Of a stretch of 64,000 nt of DNA, positions 49,527 through 60,163 are shown one piece after another (the stretch's first letter is position 1; each line of letters starts with the position of its first letter). Position numbers and translations under genes: made by a program. This DNA comes from Cladosporium halotolerans (lineage: Eukaryota): contig NW_027191471.1 in NCBI RefSeq assembly GCF_011745625.1, positions 124,001 through 188,000 of the forward strand. The letters run 5' to 3'. Below the pieces are notes generated by a model. That model was not told the DNA's origin and did not search any database. It saw only the letters and a list, made by a program, of their open reading frames with translations.

Positions 49527-49939
49527 CTAGCTTGCCGTTGGTGCGAGTCGCAGTGAGTGAGGGCTGCAGCCTTGCTACCTAAGGAACTTAGTAAGGTGTC
49601 ACCTCAGGTAGTAAGGCTCTTTCGGCCGGCAGGCCTGACTTTCCCTCGTTGGCCCCGTCATCGCACTGGCGCGTCTCATCTTCGGCGCAACAGAGAAGGA
49701 GGGCACGTGGGCGCTTTGGCTGGCTGCTTGCCCTCCGACGCCCTGACGCCTCGACAGCCCGCAGCCCGCAGGCGGGGGAAAAAGTCGGGGTTAGCGCGGC
49801 CGGCCCATTCGTTCGTTCGTCCGTTCACCCAACCCCGACAATCACGCGCACGTGACACGTCAATGCATCCAGAAAGGGTATCATCATTACAAGTCGGAAG
49901 TATTGTTCTACTGCACAGACGTCGCGTGACGGGGATCCT

Positions 49940-51278
49940 TCACGCCTTCGTCCTCGTCGATCTCCGGCTGCCCGGCGTCGCAGGCTTCTCTGCCTTCTTC
50001 GCTGCGGCCTTCGTCTTCTTGGGCTTCTGTTCTGCTCCACCATCTGCATCCTCTTCCGTCTGCTCAGCCTTCACGCCATTCACCTTGCCTTTGCCTCGTG
50101 CTGTAGTCTTCTTACCAGCCGGCTTCTGTTCCTCCTCTTCCTCCTCATCCTCTTCCTCAGCCTTCACCTTCCGCTTGCGGCCCTTCGCGGGCTTCTCGGT
50201 CTCAGAAACCTCTGCCGAGCTCACGTCTCCCGCAACGGCAGCAGTCTTCTTCTGAACACTCGGCACAATAGCTGAAGTCCTTCCACCAACCTTGAGGTGC
50301 ACAATCTTCTCGCCATTGGGCAGCACATTTCCGTCTTTCTTGCCCTTGTCCCACCGATACTTCATAAGCCACGTCTCAGGGAACTTCTCCGAATCAGCCA
50401 GCGTCTCGCACGCCGTCGTGCACACGTAAACGATCGCCTCGTGAAGCCGCTTGATCTGCTCTTCGTCGAAAGTATTGCTGTACTGCTCCGGGTGAATGCG
50501 CGCTTGATAGAGCACTTCGTCCGCAACCCAGTTGCCAATACCTGTCCACTCGTCAGCCCGTCGCCCCTCTAATCGTCCCAAACCCTCGCCAAACTCACCA
50601 GAAATATTCCCCTGATCCAACAGCAGCGCCTTAACCGGCACCTTCTTCCTCCCCATCAACGCCCCCAAAAACCCCACCGTAAACACCTCCCCATCAACAA
50701 CCGGATCCGGCCCGTTCTCCTTCAGCGGCGAAACATTCCTCACCTCCCCCTCCGCACACTCCACGAGCCGAATCCTCGCCAACCGCCTCGGATCCACAAA
50801 CGCCACCTCCACCGCCTCCCTCCCCTGGCCCTCCCCCTCTTCCTCCTTCTCAAACCCCAGCACAAACTTGCAGTACTTCGGCGGCCACTCGCCCGCCTCC
50901 CCTTTCTCCTCCATCTCCTTCTCCTTCTTGCTGCGATAATACCCCGTCTCCTCCGAGCTCACTTTCACCCACCCCGTCATGCCCAGGTGCATCACGGCGT
51001 GCGGCGGCCGGTCGAACGTGAGGTAGAAGTACTTGCCCTGCTGGCCGGCGCCTGTGATCGTGCGTCCGGAGACGGCGGACTGGAAGGCCGCGGCGCTCGT
51101 GCCGACTTTGCCGTAGACTATGGGGTCGTCGTGCGCGGTGCAGGTGGCTATGGTGCGGTGCAGGGTGTGCCGGCGGAGGTGGTGGAGGACGCGGGCGACT
51201 TCGCCGATCTGGATGGGGAGGGTTAGTTTGGGTTGGTGGGCTTGGGATGGGAAGGGGAGGAGGTCGTACCTCGGGCAT
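49940..51278 (-). CDS. FPG: Formamidopyrimidine-DNA glycosylase (Fpg/MutM, plant/fungal type); introns 51209-51269 and 50542-50598
   Basis: Micro-exon MPE spliced to IGEVAR gives the catalytic Pro2/Glu3. Also QGKYF, HLGMTG, DPRRLAR, KALLLDQ..SG|IGNWVADEVLY (H2TH) and VGGRTS, with a Lys/Glu-rich tail. Confidence 0.94.
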
Positions 51279-51916
51279 TGTGGCGGGATTATGTGCTGGG
51301 TTTCTTCGATAGTCTGTGGCTGTCGGCGAGACGAGAAAGGTGGGGTGGGACGGGGAGACAGAGTGATGTACAAGACGAGCTGGAAGTCGCAGGGATCATA
51401 AGCACTTTACGCGTCTAGGCCGGCAGGAAGACGCGACGGGGCGCTGTGGTGACGCCATTGGTTCCGGCGTCGCGGGAACATCGAAGCGAACGAACCGCGT
51501 GGGAGCCTGCGCGCTTGAAGATCTCACGTCCGCGACGTCGGCATCTCGGTACATCACATCAATGCTTCGAGGCTCAGACGAAACGTTCAATGAGACTGAT
51601 AAGGCTGCTGTCCTAGTGATATGCACGTGTGGCCCTGCCCAAGGGAAAGGTAAGAGACTCAAGCAACTGGACCTGACCGCGCAAAAGAACGAGTCAAGCT
51701 CCAGAGCACAGCGAAGAGCTGCCCCGAAGCATGAAGGACCAAACGCGAGCGCGGGATAACACTCGTCGTCCTGAGGGACACAATATCCTATAGCGGCCGA
51801 ATCCAAAGTCACATCTTGCCCCATTCTTCACCTGTCACGCGAAGCTGAACTGAGTACGAGCGGGATCTGGCAAGGGGTCTCGAGGGGAACAGCACCAATC
51901 ATCTCTCACACTCGCG
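51279..51916. promoter_or_regulatory. Putative bidirectional promoter between FPG and Pol X with MCB-like sites
   Basis: 638-nt spacer between divergent ATGs. ACGCGT at 51409-51414 and ACGCGA at about 51431, 51743 and 51837. Confidence 0.55.
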
Positions 51917-54070
51917 ATGGATTCCACAACCGAGGACGAGCGGCTCGCACTGAAGCGAAAGTTTCACCATGAAATGAACTCGTTGGATCGCAGCGACGAT
52001 GAGGCAGACGATGGCTTGCGCGAGTCTGTCACGGCTCTCAAACGCCACGCCAGACGAACACCCCTTCATTCGAACGACAAAATAACTCAGACATTGAGCG
52101 CTCGACAGCTCATTGCCGAGAACACCGGCTCAAAAGATCGAAGGTCCTTACCGCGGTCCGTCTCAGATGTAGGCCCGTCTCCCAGCAAACAAGCCGCGGC
52201 CGCATCAGCACTACGGGATCTCAAATCTGACACCACAGACCTAATGAGTACTCGAAAGACCTTCTGGGGCGCAGTGGCACCGATATCATCCATGCCTTTG
52301 GTAGCAGGAAAGCGCAAGCGCGACAGCACAATCAACCCCATTCCAATACCCAAGGAGCAACAGATCTTCGACGGCCTACACTTCTACTTCTTCCCCAACA
52401 ACGAGAAACACCCCGCTCGCTTGATGCGTATCAACAAGGCTATTGCTTTCGGGGCGACTTGGCAAAGGGACTGGAGTGATCATGTCACGCACGTGGTTCT
52501 GGACAAGGCGATGGATTATGCCATGCTTCTCAAATTCATCAAGAAAGAGTCTTTGCCAGCGGGTATTGTGGTGGTGAATGAAAGCTGGCCGTCGGAGTGT
52601 ATCGCTTATCGAGCTTTGTTGGATTTTACCAAACCTCAATTTAAGGTGATTGGAGCTCCTGTAGCAGCCGCTCCTCCGCCGACAGCAGTGCCAGCGTCTT
52701 CGGCAGATTCTGACACTTCGTTGAAGCTTAAGCCGGCGGGAAAGGATGTGATGACTCGGCAGCCAGAAACTCAACCGTCAGATGAGAATGTAAATCGCAA
52801 CGTTATTGCGCCAGAGACAACCGTTACCGCGACAGTTCCTGTCGAGGACGAACCTTCTACCGACATCGGTAATTCTGCCGAACTTGACGCGGCGATCAGT
52901 CAAGCGAGAGAACTTCAGATGATGCCTTTGGATGATGAACACTCCGGAAGTCGCCCCGGCAGCTCTGATGGCGCGTCTATGCACCAAGTCCCAGCACCTT
53001 TGAGCGGCCAGTCAAGTAGCAAGCGCCAGGCACTTCAAGAGAAGTTTCAGTGCATGCAGAAGCACACTGGAGAAGTCAAGAACACCGCAAACTCAGCGAC
53101 CATCGCCATACTGCAACAAATGGCAGACTATTACGGCCAGATGGGGGATGAGTGGAGGATCCGAGCGTACCGGAAAGCCATTGCAACCCTTCGCAACCAC
53201 CCGACGAAAGTCTGCACAAAAGAAGAAGCACTAGCTTTGCCGAACGTCGGAGACCGCCTCGCCACCAAGATCGAAGAGATAGCTTTCACAAACCGCTTGC
53301 AGCGTTTAGACAGCGCACTGGCAGAGCCGCAAGATCGCATCCTCCAAACCTTCATGAAAGTCTACGGCGCAGGCTTCGTCCAAGCCAGCAACTGGGCCCG
53401 ACAAGGCCTCACAACCCTCGACGAAGTCCTCCAAAAAGCCGACCTAACCGACAACCAACGCCTCGGCATCGAGCACTTCTCCGACTTCCAAGACCGCATC
53501 CCCCGCGCCGAAGTCACCCAGCACGGCGCCATCGTCCGCAAAGCCCTCCACACCCTCGACCCAGCCTTCCAGCTCACCATCGGCGGCTCCTACCGCCGCG
53601 GCGCCAAAGACTCCGGCGACATCGACTTCATCATCACCCGCCCCGACACAGCCCTGCCGCGCATCCGCTCCGTCGTCCTAGACCGTCTCATACCCGCCCT
53701 CTTCGCGCAGGGCTTCCTCCAAGCCGCGCTCGCCGTCTCGTCCGCCGACGACGGCTCCAAATGGCACGGCGCCTGCTGTCTCCCTGGGCAGACGGCGTGG
53801 CGGCGCGTCGACTTCCTGCTCGTGCCGTGGGCGGAGATGGGGGCCGCGCTGATCTATTTCACGGGGAATGATATCTTCAACCGCAGTCTGAGGTTGTTGG
53901 CTAGCACGAAGGGGTACAGGCTGAATCAGCGCGGGCTGTATAAGGATGTTATTCGGCGGAAGGGGAGGGAGAGGATGACGGAGGGGACGCTGGTGGAGGG
54001 GAAGGACGAGAGGAGGATTTTTGAGGTGTTGGGCGTGCCGTGGCGGCCGCCGGAGCATAGGGTTCCGTGA
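51917..54070 (+). CDS. POL4: Family X DNA polymerase (Pol lambda/Pol4-like) with BRCT domain
   Basis: BRCT (IFDGLHFYF..THVV..W..EC), 8-kDa domain (WRIRAYRKAI..LPNVG..LATKIEEI), GGSYRRG..GDIDF, RRVDF and YFTGNDIFNRSLR. Confidence 0.95.
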   Translation: MDSTTEDERLALKRKFHHEMNSLDRSDDEADDGLRESVTALKRHARRTPLHSNDKITQTLSARQLIAENTGSKDRRSLPRSVSDVGPSPSKQAAAASALRDLKSDTTDLMSTRKTFWGAVAPISSMPLVAGKRKRDSTINPIPIPKEQQIFDGLHFYFFPNNEKHPARLMRINKAIAFGATWQRDWSDHVTHVVLDKAMDYAMLLKFIKKESLPAGIVVVNESWPSECIAYRALLDFTKPQFKVIGAPVAAAPPPTAVPASSADSDTSLKLKPAGKDVMTRQPETQPSDENVNRNVIAPETTVTATVPVEDEPSTDIGNSAELDAAISQARELQMMPLDDEHSGSRPGSSDGASMHQVPAPLSGQSSSKRQALQEKFQCMQKHTGEVKNTANSATIAILQQMADYYGQMGDEWRIRAYRKAIATLRNHPTKVCTKEEALALPNVGDRLATKIEEIAFTNRLQRLDSALAEPQDRILQTFMKVYGAGFVQASNWARQGLTTLDEVLQKADLTDNQRLGIEHFSDFQDRIPRAEVTQHGAIVRKALHTLDPAFQLTIGGSYRRGAKDSGDIDFIITRPDTALPRIRSVVLDRLIPALFAQGFLQAALAVSSADDGSKWHGACCLPGQTAWRRVDFLLVPWAEMGAALIYFTGNDIFNRSLRLLASTKGYRLNQRGLYKDVIRRKGRERMTEGTLVEGKDERRIFEVLGVPWRPPEHRVP

Positions 54071-54690
54071 GAGGGGTGGAGTTGTTGGTTGGGATAGGGT
54101 AGATGGGAGGGTTGATTGGTGACGGGAGTGTTTTGCAATAATGCGGGTTCGTAGTGGTACGAGGGGTGAGATTTTTAACGCATAACGCAACTGGGTGCAG
54201 CCGGTTGGAAAGACTAGAAGCCCTACGAACAACAGCGGCGAGCACTACTCCAGACGGGATGCCCAAACGGCGGCCAAAGCTCCTGTCCGCGCAATGCTAT
54301 TCCCCCGTGTCCCATCTGAATAGTGCCTGTCCTTGCGACAGGTTTACTGCATCAGTCAGAGCTTCGGCGTACACAAAGCCAGGATGAACCATCGAGTCCT
54401 CCTGCAAATCGGAAACCACTGTGAACATAATACTCTGCCCTCTCCAGGGCTTCTTCAACGTGTTTGGGACTTGACACACTCCGCGAGTGGGACAGCTCAA
54501 CTTGAAACACCGCCTTGTCGGGCCGCGTGTGGACTCCACCCTAGCATTGTCGAGAAACAATAAAAGGTTCCGTCGATCACCTGGAATGAAATAGTCCAGA
54601 CCTCCTCAACCTCACAACATCCAGATCAAACCAAAAACCAAAACCCTCTTCCACCTCAGCCAACCTCAGCCACCCCACCAACCAACAAAC

Positions 54691-55131
54691 ATGCTCTCCC
54701 CCAACTCCCTCCTCGCCCTCGCCCTCGCCACCACCCTCGCCACCGCAACCCTCATCCCAGCAACCTCCAACACGAAGGGCTCCCGCCCCGCCTCCCCCGC
54801 CTGCAGTGCGGCGAAAACCAGCACAGCAATCCAAGCCGCCGAATGCAGCCACAACACGCGCACCTCCACGACGCAGACGTTCGCCGTCTTCAAGACAGAC
54901 CACCAGTACGACGGCGTGCAGGGCGCGCCGTACGGGACGTGCGAGGCGTACACCTGCGAAGCGGGCGAGATGGAGGCAGCGGAGGATTACTGGACTTTCT
55001 TTTGGGGGGATGATGCGCGGGGGGAGAGCGAGGGCGAGGGCGCGGGGTGTATTAAAGACCCGCAGAGTGGGGAGTGCGGGTGTGAGAATTCGGATGGGGA
55101 ATTTATTGCTGGGAAGAGCGATTGCTCGTGA
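54691..55131 (+). CDS. Small secreted cysteine-rich protein (146 aa, 8 Cys)
   Basis: Hydrophobic signal LLALALATTLATA, 8 Cys in the mature region, and a good CAAACATG start context. Confidence 0.8.
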   Translation: MLSPNSLLALALATTLATATLIPATSNTKGSRPASPACSAAKTSTAIQAAECSHNTRTSTTQTFAVFKTDHQYDGVQGAPYGTCEAYTCEAGEMEAAEDYWTFFWGDDARGESEGEGAGCIKDPQSGECGCENSDGEFIAGKSDCS

Positions 55132-55200
55132 GGGGCTGCATTTGGGTGCTGTGTAGGTAGAGGTATGGCCGGAATCGATTTCGTGCAGAAAGTTGCCACA

Positions 55201-56322
55201 TCAGAATTCGTCTAGTCTCAACCCGATGTTCTGCGATTCTGCGACTTGCAGCAAGTGCTGCCCGACCGCGAGGTCCATGACGCCGACGCCGACGGATTTG
55301 TAGACCACGAAACCGTTCGCGAGCCAAGTCGTGAGATCGCCTTCTTCATTTCCAGACTTTTCGGCCAGGATCCTGCCCACCTCGAGCATACGCTCGACCG
55401 GCACGCCGGCTTTAACCAGCTCGCCAGCCTCGTGAAGACAGCCGTGGACGCTGTCGACTGCGACGACGCCGCCCTTGTACGTCGGGAAAGGGAGAGATCT
55501 AGCTGGGTCGGTGAGCTCCTGGAGGAGTTTCGGGTCGATCTCCTGCATGTTGAGCTTGTACGAGCCGATGGCGGAGATGTATCGTGGTTTCTTCTGCGCT
55601 TCGGGAGATGTGAGGTAGCTCGCTGGGAAGAGGGGTTCCGTGCTAGGCGTCGTGCAGAAGATGGCGTCGGATTCGACGAGCAGGGCTTCTAGGTTCGCGG
55701 CACGGTCTGGGCTGTCGTTGAAGGCTGTGATGGTGATGTGGTCGGGGCGCCGCATCCCGGGTTCGGACAGGTCGGCGATCATGTTCCTTGTCCGCTCGGC
55801 GGAGCGGTTCACGATGGTGACTTTGCGGATATCGTCGCTGCGGAGTAGGATAGCCAGACGAACGTGCCAGAGCGCTTGCTGGCCCGCGCCGAAGACGACG
55901 ATGTTCTCGACTTTCTTCCGGTAGCGGAAGAGCAGCATGGAGCCCAGCGAGGTGCGGAAGGCAGTGAGTCCGGCGGCGTTGAGGACGCCGATCGCTTGGC
56001 CTTGGGCATCGCAGAGTGTCAGGACGCTTTTCAGAGCGGGCTGTGGGATTTGGTTGTGGTCTAGGATAGGCGGTTTGGTGCTTGGGCGGACGCCGACGAT
56101 TTTCGTCCCGATGAGGTCGGAGGTTGTCGCGGGCATGAAGAGGCTTGTTTGGCCATCTGGGCGAGTCACGACGCCTCGCTCGCATTGGTATGTTGCGCCA
56201 TCTTGACAGGAGTAGTCGATGAGTGCTTTCTCCAGAGCCTGGACGAAGCCCGAGAGTTGGGATGGTGGTAGGTTGGAGAGTATTTGAGAGATGTTTTGTT
56301 CGGTGAGCACTGTGAAGGTCAT
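55201..56322 (-). CDS. Ornithine cyclodeaminase/mu-crystallin family (PrnX-like)
   Basis: SLFMPA..GTKIV..LTAFRT..FGAGQQALWH..IFCTTPS..SAIGSY..YKSVGVGVMDLAVG. The likely start is MTFTVL at 56322; an upstream ATG at 56439 is possible. Confidence 0.9.
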   Translation of the reverse strand: MTFTVLTEQNISQILSNLPPSQLSGFVQALEKALIDYSCQDGATYQCERGVVTRPDGQTSLFMPATTSDLIGTKIVGVRPSTKPPILDHNQIPQPALKSVLTLCDAQGQAIGVLNAAGLTAFRTSLGSMLLFRYRKKVENIVVFGAGQQALWHVRLAILLRSDDIRKVTIVNRSAERTRNMIADLSEPGMRRPDHITITAFNDSPDRAANLEALLVESDAIFCTTPSTEPLFPASYLTSPEAQKKPRYISAIGSYKLNMQEIDPKLLQELTDPARSLPFPTYKGGVVAVDSVHGCLHEAGELVKAGVPVERMLEVGRILAEKSGNEEGDLTTWLANGFVVYKSVGVGVMDLAVGQHLLQVAESQNIGLRLDEF

Positions 56323-57177
56323 GTTGCTAGGTTTTGAGTCCTCCAAGTTGACGACTGTAGTCGAGACTGAGCTATTCGAACGCTTGTACACATTGCGGTT
56401 GTGATCTTGTTGAAGGGCGCGATGTCGGAGATAGCTCATGCCTGCCTAGACGCTGGACCCCACACCTGCGACTCCTCACCTTTTCCAGGATGCTGCCGAC
56501 GGTAGCCGTGATAGCAATTCTCCGTAAACGAGGACTCGTACATTTCTCAGTAGCATTACAAAATACTGGAAAGTTCGGTACAATTCTAACTCCTCAGCTC
56601 ATGGTGAATTGCAACCGAGGTTGTCTTGCGGGATAGCTTCTGCAGGATCAACCTCAAGGCATTCGCCGGACCAAAAGTCACGACTAAAGACTGTGGAAAT
56701 GTGTCCGAAAATGCTTCACGCGTAGTATCGAAGCGCTTCGAAGTCTTGGTTTCCATCAATTGGTAGACCGGTACTATCCTCCAGCAACTCTCGTGAAACT
56801 CGAGCTGCTCTTGCTGACGACGATCGATGACTATTCTACGTCTCCAGATGAGCGTCGATCAGCGTGTCGCTGGTCGACGTCGATTTCGATTTCTGTGGGG
56901 ACCATTGAACGATGATGAAGCCTGCTTGTAAGTGTCTGATGGCGCTGAAGAAGAAATTTCGGGAAAGTCATAGAGAGATCGCAAAAGCAGGCCTTTCCGG
57001 GAGAGATTGATAGCGGGTGTTGAGATGATTGGTATATTGAAAGTTCATTGATCACTTGGGCTACTGGAGGGGAGATTGACTTGGCAAGAGGATCAAGAAG
57101 GATAAACCGAAAATCCTCAAAGGGATCCGGGTTGTATTAAACTAGGTACTAGGTACGGAAAACGCCTGTTATCGCGC

Positions 57178-57601
57178 TTAAAGCGGGATGGAAAGGCAGT
57201 TGGCCTCGAGGTTGATGAGGTTGCCCTGAGAAGTATGTTAGCTGATGGCCAGAGGGGCCAATGATCGATCGATACTTACATCGGCATCGCCAGTCTTGCA
57301 GCAGGCGGCAACGTTGGAACCGCAGCGCTGCTGGATGGGGACAGCGACTGTTCGAAGTTGTCAGCAAAAAGCATCTTGTCGATCGAATGGATTGTTGGTG
57401 GAACGTACGGATGGGGACGTTCAGGCAGTTAAGGCCGATGAGGTCCTCGCCGCTGTTGCAGCAGGCGATCTTCTGGCCGTTGCCGCAGACGGCGGCGTCC
57501 TCGCTCTTGGAGGCGGAGATCTCGGTCTTGTGGTCAGAAGCGCCCTGGGCGACAGCGACGGCAGCCACGGAGGCGATGACGAGAGTCTTGAAGAAGGCCA
57601 T
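57178..57601 (-). CDS. Hydrophobin; exons 57601-57409, 57347-57280, 57225-57178
   Basis: Spliced product is signal + ..VCGNGQKIACCNSGEDLIGLNCLNVPILAVPIQQRCGSNVAACCKTGDADGNLINLEANCLSIPL*, with the 8-Cys C-CC-C-C-CC-C pattern. Confidence 0.96.
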
Positions 57602-57715
57602 TGTAATGGTTGGAGAGTTGCTTGAAGCGAGAGTTGAAAGTTGGAGTGGATTGTTGGATTGATGAGATTGTTGGATGATGATGAGAGTAGATTATCGAGT
57701 GCTACGGACGACGTC

Positions 57716-57721
57716 TTTATA
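57716..57721 (-). promoter_or_regulatory. TATA box of the hydrophobin gene
   Basis: TATAAA on the minus strand about 115 nt upstream of the ATG. Confidence 0.6.
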
Positions 57722-60163
57722 CACAATGCCCACCGCCCTTGGGGTTCTCCGATGGTCCCTGGTGGTGTGTGTTATGGCGATGCTCATCCATAGCTGGCCC
57801 TCCTGTCTCAGCGGTGTGAATGGCGGGTGCTATAGTTGATGTTGATATAGGCGGGCGGACGAGGCAGGCCGCAGTTGAGCGGTGGCGAACGTTGGCTCTC
57901 TCATTTGCCCCTCACGTGTTTTGCAACACGGGCACGTAGAAAGGAGCACGCGATGGAGGGAGCGCAACGGGCGGTCGCGGGCCGTCGGCGCCACCCGTAG
58001 CCACCCCTCGCCCTCCCGCGCTCACCGTCTGCTTAGCTCTGTGTCCACCGCCTGGCTGCCACTCGGATTATCCCTTTTGGGATGTTGGCGGCGAAGACAT
58101 GTCTCAGTCGCGTCTGCTTCGTGCCACACCGCCTGCAATCTCGTGGGGCACACCCTGAGATGTTTGTCTTCACTGCAAAATGGGGAGCAATTTCCCTGGC
58201 GGCGTTCACCCCGCCGCATGTGCCTTGGCTGGGCACTCACAGGGACTCGTGCAATCTCAACGTCCATTAGACTTGCGACACCAACTTCCACATTCAATTT
58301 CCTCGGTACTTGGATCATAACAACATGCGGCATGTGATCGGTCTGGTCTCTCAAGCGGCCAGCTCTGCCATCTGCGCAGGCGCCCGTGATGCTGAGGACT
58401 GCACATCGCGAGATGCCTCACGGGTCAAGTGTTGACATCTCCCCACCTTCGACCTTTCGAGAAGCCATCAGATCCAGACGAAGGAGCGACCACCGACTTG
58501 ATGAAAGATCTGAGAAGCTTGCCACATGAGGCCTGGGGAATGCTAGGTGTGGTGTTCGCCGCTTGCTTATGAAGGCTGACGAGCTCCTGTGGTCCTCCTC
58601 ACGCTGCACGCCTGATCACGCCACGAAACCAAGACGCGGGACGTTCTTCATTCTTAGGCTCAATTGTCATCACGGTGATGCTTACTACTCCAAGCCTATT
58701 GCCATGCCATGCCTTCCGCCTACGCAAATACCACTGCCATGCGCGCCAATCTTGCTGACGCGAGCCTTGTGCGTGTTCGTGCCATGTACAACAAGTCCGG
58801 GCTTGACATTCTCATGTTACGCTGATCGATCCCCTTGATCTTCTTGACAAAACATTTTCGTAAGGCTTCCCAAGTGTTGCAGATGGTTTCCATTGCTGAG
58901 GACATTACTTCGGCCCGAGTAGCTGGTCAGCATCCGACGTTCTCCACAATCCTTGATCCTCACATCTCGGGTTTGCGACAGGCTGGTTCAAGCTCTCGTG
59001 AGATACCTGACTGTTCCGGCTGATGCGATTATTTGTAGTAGCCTCTCACGAGCGCCGCGGAATATCTGGCTTGCCTTACAATCCACCGTCTCGTAAGCGA
59101 AATCCTCATACCGCTCGGGGCGCCTCGCCCCCGGTCAAGTCATCGGTGCTCGCAATCGCGCTCTTATTCGCAGAAGGACACAAGCGATTGAATGATCTGT
59201 CATCTTTGGCTAGAATACAACGGAGAAAACGTCACCGATTTCGCGGGCTCTACATTGTCACGCCTTTAATGTCCACATTACCAATGCTGTCTCACCATGC
59301 TGGTTCCGCGGCCATGATCGCCAGTCACAGACGCCGCAGGGCTGACCACAATCGTGATGCTGAAAGCGCTCCTGAACCGGACCAGCCTCCGGCTACGGAC
59401 GGCTACGGACCCGGCGCCCATTCTACCGGTACAACGCCGTTAGCATAACGTTGTACGGCTTGCAGCAGAACCGATGAACGCAGGGCTGCGAGCAGAGAAC
59501 GCTGACAGGGTTAGGGGACCCAGGCTCACGAAAGCATTGCTAAGCTTCCACTTTGTCAGGCACTCCGTCAATACTCTACTGTACCTTGCTGCAGGTGAGC
59601 CGATTCGCTTTCTCAATAGTCTCGCACTATGTGCTGGCAGCGCGCCTGACAACGTCTTTCTCCGGGCTGAAGCAGCGAGTCGGAGACAAATCCGCTGACG
59701 ACCTTCAAATACACATGATATCTGAAGTATTTGGCCCAAGAAGATGGATGGTAAGCCGCATTGAACGCTCCCCGAAGGCGGGTGAATGATGCGAATTGCC
59801 ATCCGGAAAATCTACAAGGCTGCGGCCTACCAGTCTTCATACAATGGAAGCTTTATACTAGATCCCAAATTGCGGGTCCCCCTTTCGTCGACTGAGCTAG
59901 TTGTTGCCGGCGAACCGACGCCATCGACAACTCAAATGGCATGAGCCAATCAAACCCCGCTGCAAATCCGAAACCGTTGTTCATCTGGAGAGTCCACTTT
60001 CCTTCAACGCCGCATATTCCAAATCGAAGCGTCTTCAACTTTGTATATCACCCAAAGTTAACGAAAAGTAAGGCCGAAGGATGTTGCTCTCATATAGGCT
60101 GCCGCTCTTCACGTCTTCCCCTGCATCTCGACCTCCCGAGCAAAGCCATATCGACGCGCCAAC

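Noticed and set aside
6643..51776. Isolated CCTNAGG sites in several promoters (6643, 14662, 38575, 51770) as a general motif
   Set aside because: Similar numbers occur inside coding regions, roughly as expected by chance. Only the dense cluster near 49450-49610 stands out.
41280..56322. GNAT, ureohydrolase and ornithine cyclodeaminase-like genes as an arginine/polyamine catabolic cluster
   Set aside because: They are interspersed with SIR2, PSF1, bHLH and repair genes, and no transporter or shared promoter motif was seen.
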